This document shows, piece after piece, positions 49,259 to 59,985 of a stretch of 64,000 bases of DNA (the first letter of the stretch is position 1; every line of letters begins with the position of its first letter). The DNA lies in contig OY776562.1 in the NCBI GenBank assembly GCA_963675785.1, positions 2,208,001 to 2,272,000 of the forward strand, given 5' to 3'. A program made the translations under genes and the position numbers. The notes below the pieces were generated by a model, which was not told the origin of the DNA, did no database searches, and worked only from the letters and a program-made list of their open reading frames with translations. This DNA is from Anaerolineae bacterium. Its GTDB lineage: Bacteria > Chloroflexota > Anaerolineae > UBA1429.

Positions 49259-50491
49259 TTAGGGCATAAAGACCCGACGAATAAACTCTACCACGGTCCT
49301 CAGCCAGCCATTCTTTCTGATTGGGTCGGCTTCCGTTTGCTCTCGCCTGGTTTCTTCGCGATCCGCCCAAAGCAATAGCCCAACAGCCGTTGCATATTGG
49401 GGGCCGCTTATGGTTTCTACAAGCCCGCTCAAGCGCCGGGGCAATCCCACACGCACGGGCATACCCAGGTGTTCTTGAACTGTCTCACGCAATCCGTGCA
49501 AACAAGAAGTGCCACCAGTAAGAACGATGCCCGCTGGCAGTTTATCCCAGCAGCCAGCTCGGGCTATCTCGCGTCCGACAAGATCAGCAGTTTCTTCGGC
49601 ACGCGCGGCAACGATTGAACACAGTTCCCGCCGCGAAATACTCGTCAGGCTTTGTTCGCCAAAGGTCAACACCTCAATACGTTCATCGGTGCCAACCCCA
49701 CGGACATCTGTGCGGCCATAACGAAGTTTTATGTCCTCCGCCGTAGCCAACGGAGTGGAGAGGCCAACTGCAATATCGTTAGTAAAGTGGTGGCCACCTA
49801 CCGGCAGTACACAAGTTTCACGGATTGCCCCGTCGGTAAAAATGGCTAGGTCGGTGGTACCGCCGCCGAGATCTACAATAGCAGCACCGATCTCACGCTC
49901 GTCTTCTTCCATGACTGCTTCTGCCGAAGCCAAAGGCTGGGGCACGAGCTGGATCACCTCAATCTCGTTGGCCTCGATGCACTTGACGAGGTTCTGTATG
50001 CAAGTGGTCGAGCCGGTTACGAGATGGGTATTCACCTGCAAACGGTAACCCAATAAACCGATCGGATTACGTACACCGTCGTTGCCATCAACGTTAAACC
50101 CGCGCGCAAGGGCAAAGATCACTCGCCGATTATGCTCTAGTGAAACAGCGTTGGCTTGCTCAAAGGCTCGGTCCACGTCTTCACGATCAATGGGCCGTTC
50201 ACCCTTGCCTGTTGCCACCACGCCGGTGCTATTCATGGAGGTGATGTGGCTGCCGCCGATGGAAACATAGGCCCGCGTAATGGAGCGTCCAGACACACGC
50301 TCCGCCTTACGCACAGATTCGCCTATGGCCGCTGCAGCAGCATCTACATCGGTAACTACGCCCTTACGCAAACCTCGTGAGGGGGCTACCCCTACGCCCA
50401 CGACGCTTAGCTGGCCACTACCCGTTCGCTCTGCAACAAGCGTACAGACTTTGGTGGTACCAACATCAATGCCCACAATGGTCTGTTCCAA
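49259..50491 (-). CDS. ftsA: Cell division protein FtsA
   Basis: GIDVGTTKV, GLRKGVV, VDLGGGTTD, VLTGG, YATAVGL and an amphipathic C-terminus. Confidence 0.96.
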   Translation of the reverse strand: MEQTIVGIDVGTTKVCTLVAERTGSGQLSVVGVGVAPSRGLRKGVVTDVDAAAAAIGESVRKAERVSGRSITRAYVSIGGSHITSMNSTGVVATGKGERPIDREDVDRAFEQANAVSLEHNRRVIFALARGFNVDGNDGVRNPIGLLGYRLQVNTHLVTGSTTCIQNLVKCIEANEIEVIQLVPQPLASAEAVMEEDEREIGAAIVDLGGGTTDLAIFTDGAIRETCVLPVGGHHFTNDIAVGLSTPLATAEDIKLRYGRTDVRGVGTDERIEVLTFGEQSLTSISRRELCSIVAARAEETADLVGREIARAGCWDKLPAGIVLTGGTSCLHGLRETVQEHLGMPVRVGLPRRLSGLVETISGPQYATAVGLLLWADREETRREQTEADPIRKNGWLRTVVEFIRRVFMP

Positions 50492-50512
50492 AGCATCCTC
50501 CTTCCGGCCTGC

Positions 50513-51310
50513 TCACTCTGCCAAGTGATACAACGGACGGTCCTCATTCCTGAGGTCGATGTACTCGATATTAGCCGTATCACTTCCGAGATAGCTTAGA
50601 AGGCTCTGCAGTACGGCGATTTTCTGACAAGCGTCTCCATCATCGCCAAGCATGACAGGCACGCTGTCACTCGACGCATAGATGAGCAGCCCCGAATCCG
50701 GTGTGTAATCAAACGTCTGTTGCTCGGACATACAAGCGCTCAAGTCCTGCACTAGATCCACAGGCACTAGCGGCAAGTAACCCACAGGCTCTGACGCAAT
50801 GCTTCCCAGATCATGCACCACAACAAGGCCATCGCCCCCCTCAGTCTCACCATAGACCTTGCCCTCGCTCCCCACCCACCAGTAGCGACCGCCGCTCTCC
50901 CAAACCATGACGACATCGCTCTCTTGGATGATAACAACCACCTGATTCGGCAGGGTGCATTCAATACTTACATTGGCCAACGTTGGAAAGGTCTCTTCCA
51001 ACAATTGCTCTGCTTGCGTCTCACCAATGGCAAAGATCGAACGCCCCCCAAAGGCCAGAGCCTCTTCGATCTGCGAGACGGACAAGTTCTCTGTCCCCTC
51101 GATAGTCACGGCCTCTACCCGGAAGCGCGAATCCGTCATGAACATGACAAAGAGTACCAAAGCGCCCACCGCAAGGAGGATACCGGGAATCCTTGCCCAC
51201 AGGGAAAGGCCTTCTTCCTGACGCTCAATATGAACAGGCTCAGCATCCAACTGCGCAGAACGCGTTTGCGATCGCGGTTTCTTTTGACCAAGAATAGTGC
51301 GGATGCCCAT
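50513..51310 (-). CDS. ftsQ: FtsQ/DivIB
   Basis: Single TM, POTRA domain (F.V..V.IEG...L), C-terminal YIDLR, and position between ddl and ftsA. Confidence 0.85.
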   Translation of the reverse strand: MGIRTILGQKKPRSQTRSAQLDAEPVHIERQEEGLSLWARIPGILLAVGALVLFVMFMTDSRFRVEAVTIEGTENLSVSQIEEALAFGGRSIFAIGETQAEQLLEETFPTLANVSIECTLPNQVVVIIQESDVVMVWESGGRYWWVGSEGKVYGETEGGDGLVVVHDLGSIASEPVGYLPLVPVDLVQDLSACMSEQQTFDYTPDSGLLIYASSDSVPVMLGDDGDACQKIAVLQSLLSYLGSDTANIEYIDLRNEDRPLYHLAE

Positions 51311-51321
51311 GGCTATAGCCC

Positions 51322-52416
51322 CTAGTGATCATAGATGTAACGCGTCTCGGATCGTCCCTTTTCTTCAGCCCTTTCCAGAGCCAGCGCGATAAGGCGATCG
51401 AGTAAAGCCGAGTAGGAAAGACCACTAGCTGCCCATAATTTAGGGTACATGCTAATGGGTGTAAAGCCCGGCATGGTGTTCAGCTCGTTCAAGTAGACGC
51501 TCGAATCGTCTCTGGAGACGAGAAAATCCACTCGTGCCAGACCAGCACAATCCATAGCTACAAAAGCCTGCGCCGCCCAGTCTCGAATCTGCGCGGTCAA
51601 GTCCTCCGGCAAATCCGCAGGAATGATGAGCTCCGAGTCGCCATCAAGGTATTTGGCGGCATAATCATAAAATTCGTTGCAGGGAACGACCTCACCCAAC
51701 ACGGATACCTCGGGCGATTCGTTACCCAGCACGCTGCACTCTATTTCACGAGCATTGACGGAACGCTCTACCAGCAAACGTCTGTCGTAACGCGCGGCCA
51801 ACTCTAGCGCCTGAATCAGTTCATCGTGGTTATGCGCCTTGGATACACCCACACTTGAACCCATATTGGCCGGTTTAACGAATACGGGATACGCAAAGCG
51901 CTCTTCGATATCGCGAACAATGGCAACAGGATCGTTCCGCAAGGCAATGCGCGTGGTGGCATAGTAATCCACAAAAGGTACGCCTGCTGTCTCTAGAATC
52001 GCCTTGGTAGCGATTTTGTCCAGGCCAAGACTCGACCCCAAAACCCCACTGCCCACATAGGGCACACCAGCGAGTTCCAACATGCCCTGAACTGTACCAT
52101 CCTCGCCAAAGGTGCCGTGCAACACAGGCACAATGACATCCGCCGAAAAGACGGGAGAATCTGGCGATGGGACTCGCGCTCTGTCTTTTTTCTCAAGCCC
52201 GAGTTCATCTGCCAACAGGCGCACCAAATCCGAATCAATGACCCGCAACGAAATATCCGCATTCAGCCAATAGCCTTCGAGCGTGATGCCGATGGGGATT
52301 ACGTCATAGCATCTGGAATCCAGGGCTGAGGCCGTTGATCGTGCAGATTCAAGCGAGACTTCATGCTCACCAGATTTTCCGCCAAACAATACGACTACCC
52401 TGGGCTTTTTAGCCAT
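51322..52416 (-). CDS. ddl: D-alanine--D-alanine ligase
   Basis: FGGKSGEHEVS, LHGTFGEDG, KPANMGSSVG, FYDYAAKY (Tyr, D-Ala-D-Ala type), NELNTMPG. Start at 52416. Confidence 0.96.
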   Translation of the reverse strand: MAKKPRVVVLFGGKSGEHEVSLESARSTASALDSRCYDVIPIGITLEGYWLNADISLRVIDSDLVRLLADELGLEKKDRARVPSPDSPVFSADVIVPVLHGTFGEDGTVQGMLELAGVPYVGSGVLGSSLGLDKIATKAILETAGVPFVDYYATTRIALRNDPVAIVRDIEERFAYPVFVKPANMGSSVGVSKAHNHDELIQALELAARYDRRLLVERSVNAREIECSVLGNESPEVSVLGEVVPCNEFYDYAAKYLDGDSELIIPADLPEDLTAQIRDWAAQAFVAMDCAGLARVDFLVSRDDSSVYLNELNTMPGFTPISMYPKLWAASGLSYSALLDRLIALALERAEEKGRSETRYIYDH

Positions 52417-53365
52417 TTTCCGTCTCTCCGCTGTCCTCATTCGGCCAATCGCCCACAAGCTGAATCTCGGGTTCAAGTTGCTCGCCAAATTGCTCGACAA
52501 CTCGCTCTTGAACTAGTTTCAAGAGGGTCCAAATATCCTGCGCCGTAGCGCCCCCTTCATTGATGATATAATTGGCATGCTGCTCAGAAACCACAGCCTT
52601 ACCCAAGCGCGTACCCTTGAGGCCAGCCTGTTCGATCAAAAAGCCGGCGGGGTATTGTATTGTGCGCTTGAAAACACTCCCCGCACTCCAACCGTGGGGG
52701 TGCCGCTCACGGCGTTTCTGGGTGATGCCGGCAATATACTCAGCTAATAACTCTGGGTTCTCCGGCTTGAGTTCAAATACGGCATCCAGCACAATCCAAT
52801 TGACACCACAATTGGCGCTGCGCTTGAGCACACTGTTGCGGTATTCATAGCCCAGATCCTGAGGCAACGCCTGCTCGATCTGCCCATCATCTCGCAACCA
52901 GCGAACACCAGCGAGCACATCGGCAATTTCACCGCCATAAGCGCCCGCATTGCCCACTACAGCACCGCCCACCGTGCCAGGAATGCCGCTGGCCCATTCG
53001 AGCCCCCGCCAGCCAGTTCGCGCCGACCAGCGAGCCAGCCGCGCCAAAGAAGTTCCACTCTCAGCATAGAGGGTTCCCTCATTCATGGAAAAACCTGCTG
53101 CCCGGTTGAGTACCACCAACCCACGTATCCCTCGATCTGATACGAGAATGTTGGTGCCGCCACCGATAAACCGCCGAGGAACCTCATACTCACAAGCCAG
53201 ACGCCACAGGTGAATCAGCTCGTCACTGCTCTGTGCTTCGACCAACACATCGGCCGGGCCGCCCACATGAAAGGACGTATGCCGTGCAAGCGGCTCGTCA
53301 AACAATGTTCGCTCGGCAAATTCTGTATGGCGCAATGCCTCAATCAGGCCTTGTAGATTACTCAT
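52409..53365 (-). CDS. murB: UDP-N-acetylmuramate dehydrogenase
   Basis: HTSFHVGGPA, GGGTNILV, GIPGTVGGA..NAGAYG, YRNS, SAGSVFK, HANYIIN, LEPE. Confidence 0.96.
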   Translation of the reverse strand: MSNLQGLIEALRHTEFAERTLFDEPLARHTSFHVGGPADVLVEAQSSDELIHLWRLACEYEVPRRFIGGGTNILVSDRGIRGLVVLNRAAGFSMNEGTLYAESGTSLARLARWSARTGWRGLEWASGIPGTVGGAVVGNAGAYGGEIADVLAGVRWLRDDGQIEQALPQDLGYEYRNSVLKRSANCGVNWIVLDAVFELKPENPELLAEYIAGITQKRRERHPHGWSAGSVFKRTIQYPAGFLIEQAGLKGTRLGKAVVSEQHANYIINEGGATAQDIWTLLKLVQERVVEQFGEQLEPEIQLVGDWPNEDSGETENG

Positions 53366-54747
53366 TTCTCCGCCTGACCCATTTCTACTATCAAGTCTTC
53401 ACCAATTTTGTAACCATCACCCGCACCCAGTGTAATGACCAGATCGCCGCTTTGAACGTTCATACGTAGATATTCACGAGCAGCATCCATGCTATCCGCA
53501 TAGTGCGCCTTCGGGTTCTTGATGCTTGCTGCCAGAGCCTCGGATGTTACCGTCTCATGCTCTTTTAAACGTGCCGCAAAGACGGGAATAATGACCAGCT
53601 CATCGGCATTGCCAAAACAACAGCAAAACGCATCCCAAAGTGTCTCGGTGCGGCTGTAGGTATGGGGCTGAAATACCGCCCATATACGCCGGTCAGGAAA
53701 CTTTTCCCGTACTGCCGCCAGGGTCGCACGAATCTCGGTGGGATGATGCGCATAGTCATCATAAAACGTGATGCCGGCTACTTGGCCCTTTTTCTCCATG
53801 CGCCGCTGAACGCCGCCAAACGAACCTATCTCTTTTGCAGCAGCAGCTGGATCAATTCCCAGGCTATCAAGTGCGACAAGAACCGCCGTGGCGTTGAGCG
53901 CGTTGTGCCCACCTGCTACAGCTTGTTCAAACTGGGCCCACACACGGCCGTCATGCAGCACTGTACAATGCTCGGCGCAACGTTCCAGGCGATAGTCAGC
54001 TTGAGCACCACGACCAAAGGTGCGTATTTCTGTTGGAATGGCAAGCTGCTCCAACACCCGATTCACCGAGGGACTATCGCTGCACGCTATGATTGCTCCT
54101 CCGGGCCGTTTGTTTTCCAGAAAAACCCGAAAGGCGTCTTCCATATCGGCCAGATCACGATAGCAATCGGGATGGTCCATCTCGATGTTGGTCACGATGG
54201 TCACATCAGGGTGCAGACCCAGGAATGTGCGATCATACTCGTCTGCTTCAATAACAAAATGGGGGCCACTTCCCGCAGCCGCGTTCGCTCCAAACTCTTG
54301 TAATATGCCGCCCACAATGAATGTGGGACTCTTGCCCAGATGCTCCAAGACAGTCGCGCACATGGCCGATGTTGTCGTTTTGCCATGGGTTCCGGCCACG
54401 GCAATGGAAATCTTGCCCTTGAGCATCTCGCCAAGAAGTTGATGCCTCTTAATGATGGGAATGCCCGCTGCTCGGGCAGCAACCAACTCTGGGTTATCCT
54501 CAGGCACGGCCGAGGACATGACGACGAGATCTACGCCAGCAATTTGCTCAGCACGCTGCCCCACAAAGGTTGGGATGCCCAATTCATTCAAACCACGCGT
54601 AATATCGCTTTCTCGCAAATCCGAGCCCTGTACGCAATGTCCCCAGGCAAACAGCACCCGGGCGATGGCAGAGAGCCCGATCCCCCCTATGCCCACCAAA
54701 TGTATTGTCTCTGGCAATGTTGGTGCTGAAAATTCTAGAGTCTTCAT
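53362..54747 (-). CDS. murC: UDP-N-acetylmuramate--L-alanine ligase
   Basis: HLVGIGGIGLS, AGTHGKTTT, EADEYD, DHPD, DDYAHHPTE, FQPH. Start at 54747. Confidence 0.96.
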   Translation of the reverse strand: MKTLEFSAPTLPETIHLVGIGGIGLSAIARVLFAWGHCVQGSDLRESDITRGLNELGIPTFVGQRAEQIAGVDLVVMSSAVPEDNPELVAARAAGIPIIKRHQLLGEMLKGKISIAVAGTHGKTTTSAMCATVLEHLGKSPTFIVGGILQEFGANAAAGSGPHFVIEADEYDRTFLGLHPDVTIVTNIEMDHPDCYRDLADMEDAFRVFLENKRPGGAIIACSDSPSVNRVLEQLAIPTEIRTFGRGAQADYRLERCAEHCTVLHDGRVWAQFEQAVAGGHNALNATAVLVALDSLGIDPAAAAKEIGSFGGVQRRMEKKGQVAGITFYDDYAHHPTEIRATLAAVREKFPDRRIWAVFQPHTYSRTETLWDAFCCCFGNADELVIIPVFAARLKEHETVTSEALAASIKNPKAHYADSMDAAREYLRMNVQSGDLVITLGAGDGYKIGEDLIVEMGQAEK

Positions 54748-54757
54748 TCTAACTCCA

Positions 54758-55309
54758 TCAACGCAACACACGGCCAAGTATAAGCAATGCTGTAAGATAC
54801 AATAGGAGGCTCTCACCCAGAAATACAGGTTGCCCCAATAACCGTGAAGGCAAGTAATCGATCATCTGTTGGGCGACTGTTGAAAGAGTACCCCCATCCA
54901 TGCCGATGAAACCAAAAGGATAAGAGAATTTATCCAGATAAAACCAAATCGTGCCAGCGATGAGATACCCATTTAACGCGCCCGTTACAGCCCCCAGAAT
55001 CAGACCCTGTGTCCTGCTAGGAAGCTCTCCCGGAAAGTCCAGTGTAGCGCCGTGATAAGATATAAAGGCAACACCTGAAACGACAAGCATCATCAGCAGA
55101 CACTCAGCAGTAGCCGCCCCGTCGCCAAAGGTCGCTCCACCCATCAATTTTTCAAGACCGCTTTCAATATAGGGTTCAAAGCGGTCGAGAACATAGAGCA
55201 TGCCCATCATTACGGTGGTCACACCGAGTTCCCGCAGATACCCCCTGGTCATGCCAATCAATGCAAACATGACGACCAGTGCGGCAAAGAGCACTTCGAT
55301 GGGTGCCAA
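54758..55309 (-). CDS. CvpA-family membrane protein
   Basis: G..RG..REL N-terminal motif, LG..TG.LNG, 4-5 TMs. Confidence 0.7.
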   Translation of the reverse strand: MAPIEVLFAALVVMFALIGMTRGYLRELGVTTVMMGMLYVLDRFEPYIESGLEKLMGGATFGDGAATAECLLMMLVVSGVAFISYHGATLDFPGELPSRTQGLILGAVTGALNGYLIAGTIWFYLDKFSYPFGFIGMDGGTLSTVAQQMIDYLPSRLLGQPVFLGESLLLYLTALLILGRVLR

Positions 55310-55320
55310 GCGACTGCCTC

Positions 55321-56415
55321 CTATGTCTGCGCAAAGCGGGTCATCAACCCGGCAATGCGCTCCGCTGCATCTCGAACCGCCAGCGCATTCATCTTTTCTC
55401 GCATTGTCTGCAAACGGGCACGATCACTCAATAATTCGCTCACCAGGGAACTCAGCTGCTCGCCGATATCGCCATCATCCACGACTACGGCCGCCCCTTT
55501 GTCCCCCAGAAAATCCGCGTTCAGGCGTTGATGCTGTCCGGAATAAGGATAAGGCACCAGAATGGCGGGGAGCCCCGCTACGGGAAACTCGGCCAACGTA
55601 GCCGCCCCCGCTCTGGCCACAACCAGATCGGCCCCCAACAACAGATTCTCCATGCCCTCATGAACATAGTCATACAATCGATATCGTGTCGCCTGGCTCT
55701 GAGACAACCCGGCCAATTGAGTAGCGGCCTCGTCGTAATCGAGCGGCCCGGTCACATGAATCAACACACAGGACGCTAACAGCTCGTTCAAATGCCTGGC
55801 CACAGCCTGATTCAACGACCGCGCCCCGCGGCTGCCCCCCAGCACGAGCAACACATGTTCATCAGCGGTAATGCCCAAAGCATCGCGTGCCTCGGCTCGT
55901 GTCTTTTCAACCAGGGCTCGGCGCACCGGATAGCCCGTTACTATGGCGTTATCAAAGAACCCAGCTACCGAATCAAACGAGACGGCCACGGCCTTAGCTC
56001 TGGACGCCAAGCGCTTGATGGCCACCCCGGGCACCATATCCGGCAGATAAATGATGACAGGCACACGCCCGGCAGCCAGAATCAGTGGTGCCGATACATA
56101 ACCCCCGGTGGAAAGAATCACATCCGGGCGAAAGCGGGCCAAATAGCGGCGGCACTGAAACCACCCTCTTATAACCTGGAATCCACTGCGAGCCATGCGC
56201 CAGGGGCTCATGCCCCGAAGCGGACCGGACGAGACGGACTGAAAAGCGATGGCCTCGCGCTGCATCAAACGCTCTTCAATACTGTCGCTTTCACCGAACC
56301 AGAGCACGTCCTCACGCGATACGCCCCAACGCGAATCAGCCAAGAGCTCTTCAATGACCGAGAGCGCCGGGTAAACATGGCCACCAGTTCCGCCACCCGT
56401 AACTGCTACACGCAT
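55321..56415 (-). CDS. murG: Lipid II synthase MurG
   Basis: GGGTGGHVYP, TGGYVS, GYPVR, GGSRGA, RAGA.T.AE, HQRLNA. Start at 56415 (TGATG overlap). Confidence 0.96.
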   Translation of the reverse strand: MRVAVTGGGTGGHVYPALSVIEELLADSRWGVSREDVLWFGESDSIEERLMQREAIAFQSVSSGPLRGMSPWRMARSGFQVIRGWFQCRRYLARFRPDVILSTGGYVSAPLILAAGRVPVIIYLPDMVPGVAIKRLASRAKAVAVSFDSVAGFFDNAIVTGYPVRRALVEKTRAEARDALGITADEHVLLVLGGSRGARSLNQAVARHLNELLASCVLIHVTGPLDYDEAATQLAGLSQSQATRYRLYDYVHEGMENLLLGADLVVARAGAATLAEFPVAGLPAILVPYPYSGQHQRLNADFLGDKGAAVVVDDGDIGEQLSSLVSELLSDRARLQTMREKMNALAVRDAAERIAGLMTRFAQT

Positions 56416-57575
56416 CAGCCGTCTACCTCGCGTTTGCTGTGCAAAGAAACGCTCAGTAACAGCCCCATCATCGCCAGCCCGGTCACCATGGAAGAACCAC
56501 CATAACTCAAAAAGGGCAATACGGTGCCCGTAAAGGGAATAAGCCGTGTGATAACACCCACGTGTACAAAAGCCTGTATGGCGATCCAACAAGTGATGCC
56601 CGTTGCAAGAAGCATGCCAGAGCGATCGCGTGCATTGGCCGCGATTTTGAGGCCGCGCCAGATGAGCAAGGCATAAAGCACGAGAACGAATAATGCGCCT
56701 ACAAGTCCCAGCTCTTCGCCAATGATTGCAAACATGCCGTCAGTGTGGACAGCGTAATAGACGGCCTTTTGCTCGCTCTGACCCAGACCAACGCCAAATA
56801 GGCCACCGCGCTCCAGAGCAATGATGGACTGTGCCGATTGCAGCCCCTGACTCGTCACATCAGCCAGCGGATTGGAGCGGTTATACCACCATGACCAAAC
56901 GCGCGAGCTGCGATAGGACTCGGTTAGAGCGAGCAAAAGGCCAAGCCCACCGCCGCCCACGATCAAGAGCGCCATCTGCCAAAGCTTGCCGCCCGCCGCA
57001 TAAAACATTGCTACTGAAGTAAGTGCCAGAATCACCACCGTCGACATATCGGGCTGTTCAAGGATAAGAAAAGCCACAACGCCCAGCACTGCGATAAAGG
57101 GCAAAAATCCCCAGCGAAGATCACCGATCGCCTTTTCGCGAGAAGCCAACCATGCAGCGACATAGATGATAAAGCCTACTTTGGAGAGCTCAGAAGGTTG
57201 CACGGAGCCATCAAAAAGTTGCCGGGTGGCGCCGCCAATCTCCTCGTTGGTACTCAAAAGGAACAAGGGCAACAGAACGAGAATAGAAAGAAGCAGAATT
57301 AGGAAAGAGTGTTGGGTCCAGAATTTGTAATCAACAAGCGCCAGAATGATTGCGCCTGCAGTGCCCACAACGACAAAGAACAGCTGCCGCATAAAGTAGT
57401 AATTAGGCAGCCCATAGGTGGCAGATGTCTCGGAAAAGCTATAAGCATAGGTTGCGCTTCGCACCATAATCAAGCCCAGCACGATGAGGGCGAGGAGCAC
57501 CAACACCAGCACCACATCAAAGCGGAACCTGCGATAAGAGCGCACGTTACTATTGGCCCGTGTTGTCGCTATCAC
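56415..57575 (-). CDS. ftsW: SEDS peptidoglycan polymerase FtsW
   Basis: GATR, QPSELSK, EQPD, GGLFGVGLG.S.QK, HTD, IGEELG, PFTG..LPFLSYGGSS. Confidence 0.95.
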   Translation of the reverse strand: MIATTRANSNVRSYRRFRFDVVLVLVLLALIVLGLIMVRSATYAYSFSETSATYGLPNYYFMRQLFFVVVGTAGAIILALVDYKFWTQHSFLILLLSILVLLPLFLLSTNEEIGGATRQLFDGSVQPSELSKVGFIIYVAAWLASREKAIGDLRWGFLPFIAVLGVVAFLILEQPDMSTVVILALTSVAMFYAAGGKLWQMALLIVGGGGLGLLLALTESYRSSRVWSWWYNRSNPLADVTSQGLQSAQSIIALERGGLFGVGLGQSEQKAVYYAVHTDGMFAIIGEELGLVGALFVLVLYALLIWRGLKIAANARDRSGMLLATGITCWIAIQAFVHVGVITRLIPFTGTVLPFLSYGGSSMVTGLAMMGLLLSVSLHSKREVDG

Positions 57576-59008
57576 TGCGCCTCCTTTAGCTCATTCACGA
57601 GACGACGAAACTCGATACCACGTTCTTCAAAATCTCGATAGGCATCAAAGCTTGTTCCACCAGGCGAGAGCAAAACGACTTCACCGGGCCGAGCATTGGC
57701 TGCAGCGGTACGTACAGCTTTTGCCAGATTCTCGGCAACGACAAGTTCGACGGAATACTCTTCAAGTGCGTCGCGAATGATGGGCACCGCCTCACCAAAG
57801 GCGACGACCAGCCTAGTGTGTTCGCTCACAACCTGAGCCCATACATCCCAGGGCAAATGCTTATCTCGCCCGCCGGCCAACAACACAACGGGGCTCCGAA
57901 AAGCGCGCAACGCCGCAATCGCTCGCTCAGGAGAGGTGGCGATAGAATCGTTGATATAGGTAACACCATCGACCACACGAACCACCTCAAGGCGGTGCGG
58001 CACACCCTCGAATTCGGCAATAGCCGCGCGTATCCCCTTGATGCTTGCACCAGCCGCCAGCGCTGTACAAGCCGCTGTAAGCACGTTAGCCAGGTTGTGG
58101 CGCCCCCGCAGATGCACCTCGTTCACTGTACCGAGGCTGTGGGTTTCGCCGTCAAAACGCAACACCAGTTCATCCTTTTCCAGCCAACCACCCTGCGCCA
58201 CTTTGTGCTCGATGGAAAAGTAGAGCTTTTGGGCAGGTGTCAGTTCAGCCAGGCTGGGCGTCCAGGGATCATCGGCATTCAATACCACCCAGTCTTCAGG
58301 TGACTGATAGCGCAGGATATTGGTTTTGGCCTGCACATAGTTTTCCATTGACGGATGTCGATCCAAATGGTTGGGCGTAATGTTGGTTACAACGGCCACA
58401 TGCGGGCTGCTCCCCTGCAGATTAACCGCCCGAGAACCAGCGGTTCGGCGTTGCCAAGTACTCTGCCCTTGGTAATCCGGCGAAAAAAGCTCCAACTGAA
58501 AGCTGGAAAGCTCCATGACTGCCGTATCGGCAGAGTCTTCTGTATCGAGTTTTTCGATGAGGGGGGTGCCAATGTTCCCGCCCACCCAAACCGATTGACC
58601 ACTCTTTTCCAACATGAGCCCCGTGAGCGCGGTGGTTGTGGTTTTGCCACTGCTGCCCGTAATGCCCACAATAGGCATACCGCAAAGCTGAATGAATAGT
58701 CTGGGTTCGCTACTCAGCGGGATACCCATCTCTCGGCAGCGTACAACGATGCTTGCCGTTGGAGGCACGCCCGGGCTCAAAAAGACCACATCCGTTTGCG
58801 CCAGAGCAGGTTCTTGCCCACCTAGACAAAAGGTGATACCTAATTCCTCGAGGCCGTTCAATTGTTCGGCCAACGCCTCACGAGACTTGGCATCCGCCAG
58901 CGTAACCCGAGCGCCACAGGCAGCCAGAAAGCGCGATAGAGCGGTTCCTTCACGGGCCGCTCCTACAATCACTGCCTTCAAACCCTCTAGCTGAGGAAAC
59001 CGACTCAC
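57572..59008 (-). CDS. murD: UDP-MurNAc-L-Ala--D-Glu ligase
   Basis: SPGVP, ITGSSGKTTT, GGNIG, ELSSFQL, NHLDRH, HRLE, NDSIAT, LLSPG.TSFD. Confidence 0.95.
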   Translation of the reverse strand: MSRFPQLEGLKAVIVGAAREGTALSRFLAACGARVTLADAKSREALAEQLNGLEELGITFCLGGQEPALAQTDVVFLSPGVPPTASIVVRCREMGIPLSSEPRLFIQLCGMPIVGITGSSGKTTTTALTGLMLEKSGQSVWVGGNIGTPLIEKLDTEDSADTAVMELSSFQLELFSPDYQGQSTWQRRTAGSRAVNLQGSSPHVAVVTNITPNHLDRHPSMENYVQAKTNILRYQSPEDWVVLNADDPWTPSLAELTPAQKLYFSIEHKVAQGGWLEKDELVLRFDGETHSLGTVNEVHLRGRHNLANVLTAACTALAAGASIKGIRAAIAEFEGVPHRLEVVRVVDGVTYINDSIATSPERAIAALRAFRSPVVLLAGGRDKHLPWDVWAQVVSEHTRLVVAFGEAVPIIRDALEEYSVELVVAENLAKAVRTAAANARPGEVVLLSPGGTSFDAYRDFEERGIEFRRLVNELKEAQ

Positions 59009-59985
59009 AGGCCAACTCCCATCAGTAAAATACCGGCTGCAGCTGTCACTGCTCCCGTAATCCAGAACCGAAGCGTCACCTGAACTTCGGACATGCCGGC
59101 CAATTCGTAATGATAATGCAACGGCGCCATACGGAATATACGTTTGCCCTCACCGCGATGAATGCGTGTGTACTTGAAATAGCTTACCTGCAACATCACC
59201 GAAACCGCCTCAGCGAGGAATACCAGCCCGATCACTGGCAGCACAGCCAAACAACCGGTCATCATAGCGATGGCAGCCAATGCTGCGCCCAAAGCCTGCG
59301 ATCCCGTATCACCCATAAATACGCGTGCCGGGTTGACGTTGAACCAAAGAAAGGCTAGCAGCACACCAACCAGCGCGCCACAGAACAAGGCCACCATCTG
59401 CTGCCCCAGCACCAGGCTAATTATGCCATAAGCGCCCACGGCCAATACTGCCAACCCCCCAGCCAAACCATCCATGCCATCGGCGAGATTGACGGCATTA
59501 GAGAACAAGGCCGCTAGAAATGCGGCAATAGGCACATACCACCACCCCAAGTCTACTGTCGTACCGCTGAAAGACAGCACCAATACGGGTGAATCATCCA
59601 CTAAATAGAGCGCCAAGCCCACAAGAAATGCCGCTGCCCACTGGCTGATGAATTTACCGCGCACCTGCCAACCCACACCGCCAGCGTCCTGCAGGCCGCG
59701 CCAATCATCATAGGCACCTAAAAGGCCATAGAGCAGGGTGGCACCCAGCAGTACGAATATATCGTTATGACCGAACAAGGCGATGATAAGACAGGCGACA
59801 GAGAGACCAACTAGAAAATAGAGCCCCCCCATCGTGGGCGTCCCAGCCTTGGCCTGATGTTCGTCGGGTTCATCATCGCGAATATTCTTGCCGATGCCGT
59901 GGCGAACGAGTCCTCGAATAAAGGGCTTGCCCCAGGGCAGCAATAACAAAAAGGAGAGAACCATCACGATCAAGACATTAACCAC
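59005..59985 (-). CDS. mraY: Phospho-N-acetylmuramoyl-pentapeptide transferase
   Basis: KAGTPTMGG, DD, NAVNLADGMDGLA, FMGDTGS, MAPLHYHYE. Confidence 0.96.
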   Translation of the reverse strand: MVNVLIVMVLSFLLLLPWGKPFIRGLVRHGIGKNIRDDEPDEHQAKAGTPTMGGLYFLVGLSVACLIIALFGHNDIFVLLGATLLYGLLGAYDDWRGLQDAGGVGWQVRGKFISQWAAAFLVGLALYLVDDSPVLVLSFSGTTVDLGWWYVPIAAFLAALFSNAVNLADGMDGLAGGLAVLAVGAYGIISLVLGQQMVALFCGALVGVLLAFLWFNVNPARVFMGDTGSQALGAALAAIAMMTGCLAVLPVIGLVFLAEAVSVMLQVSYFKYTRIHRGEGKRIFRMAPLHYHYELAGMSEVQVTLRFWITGAVTAAAGILLMGVGL

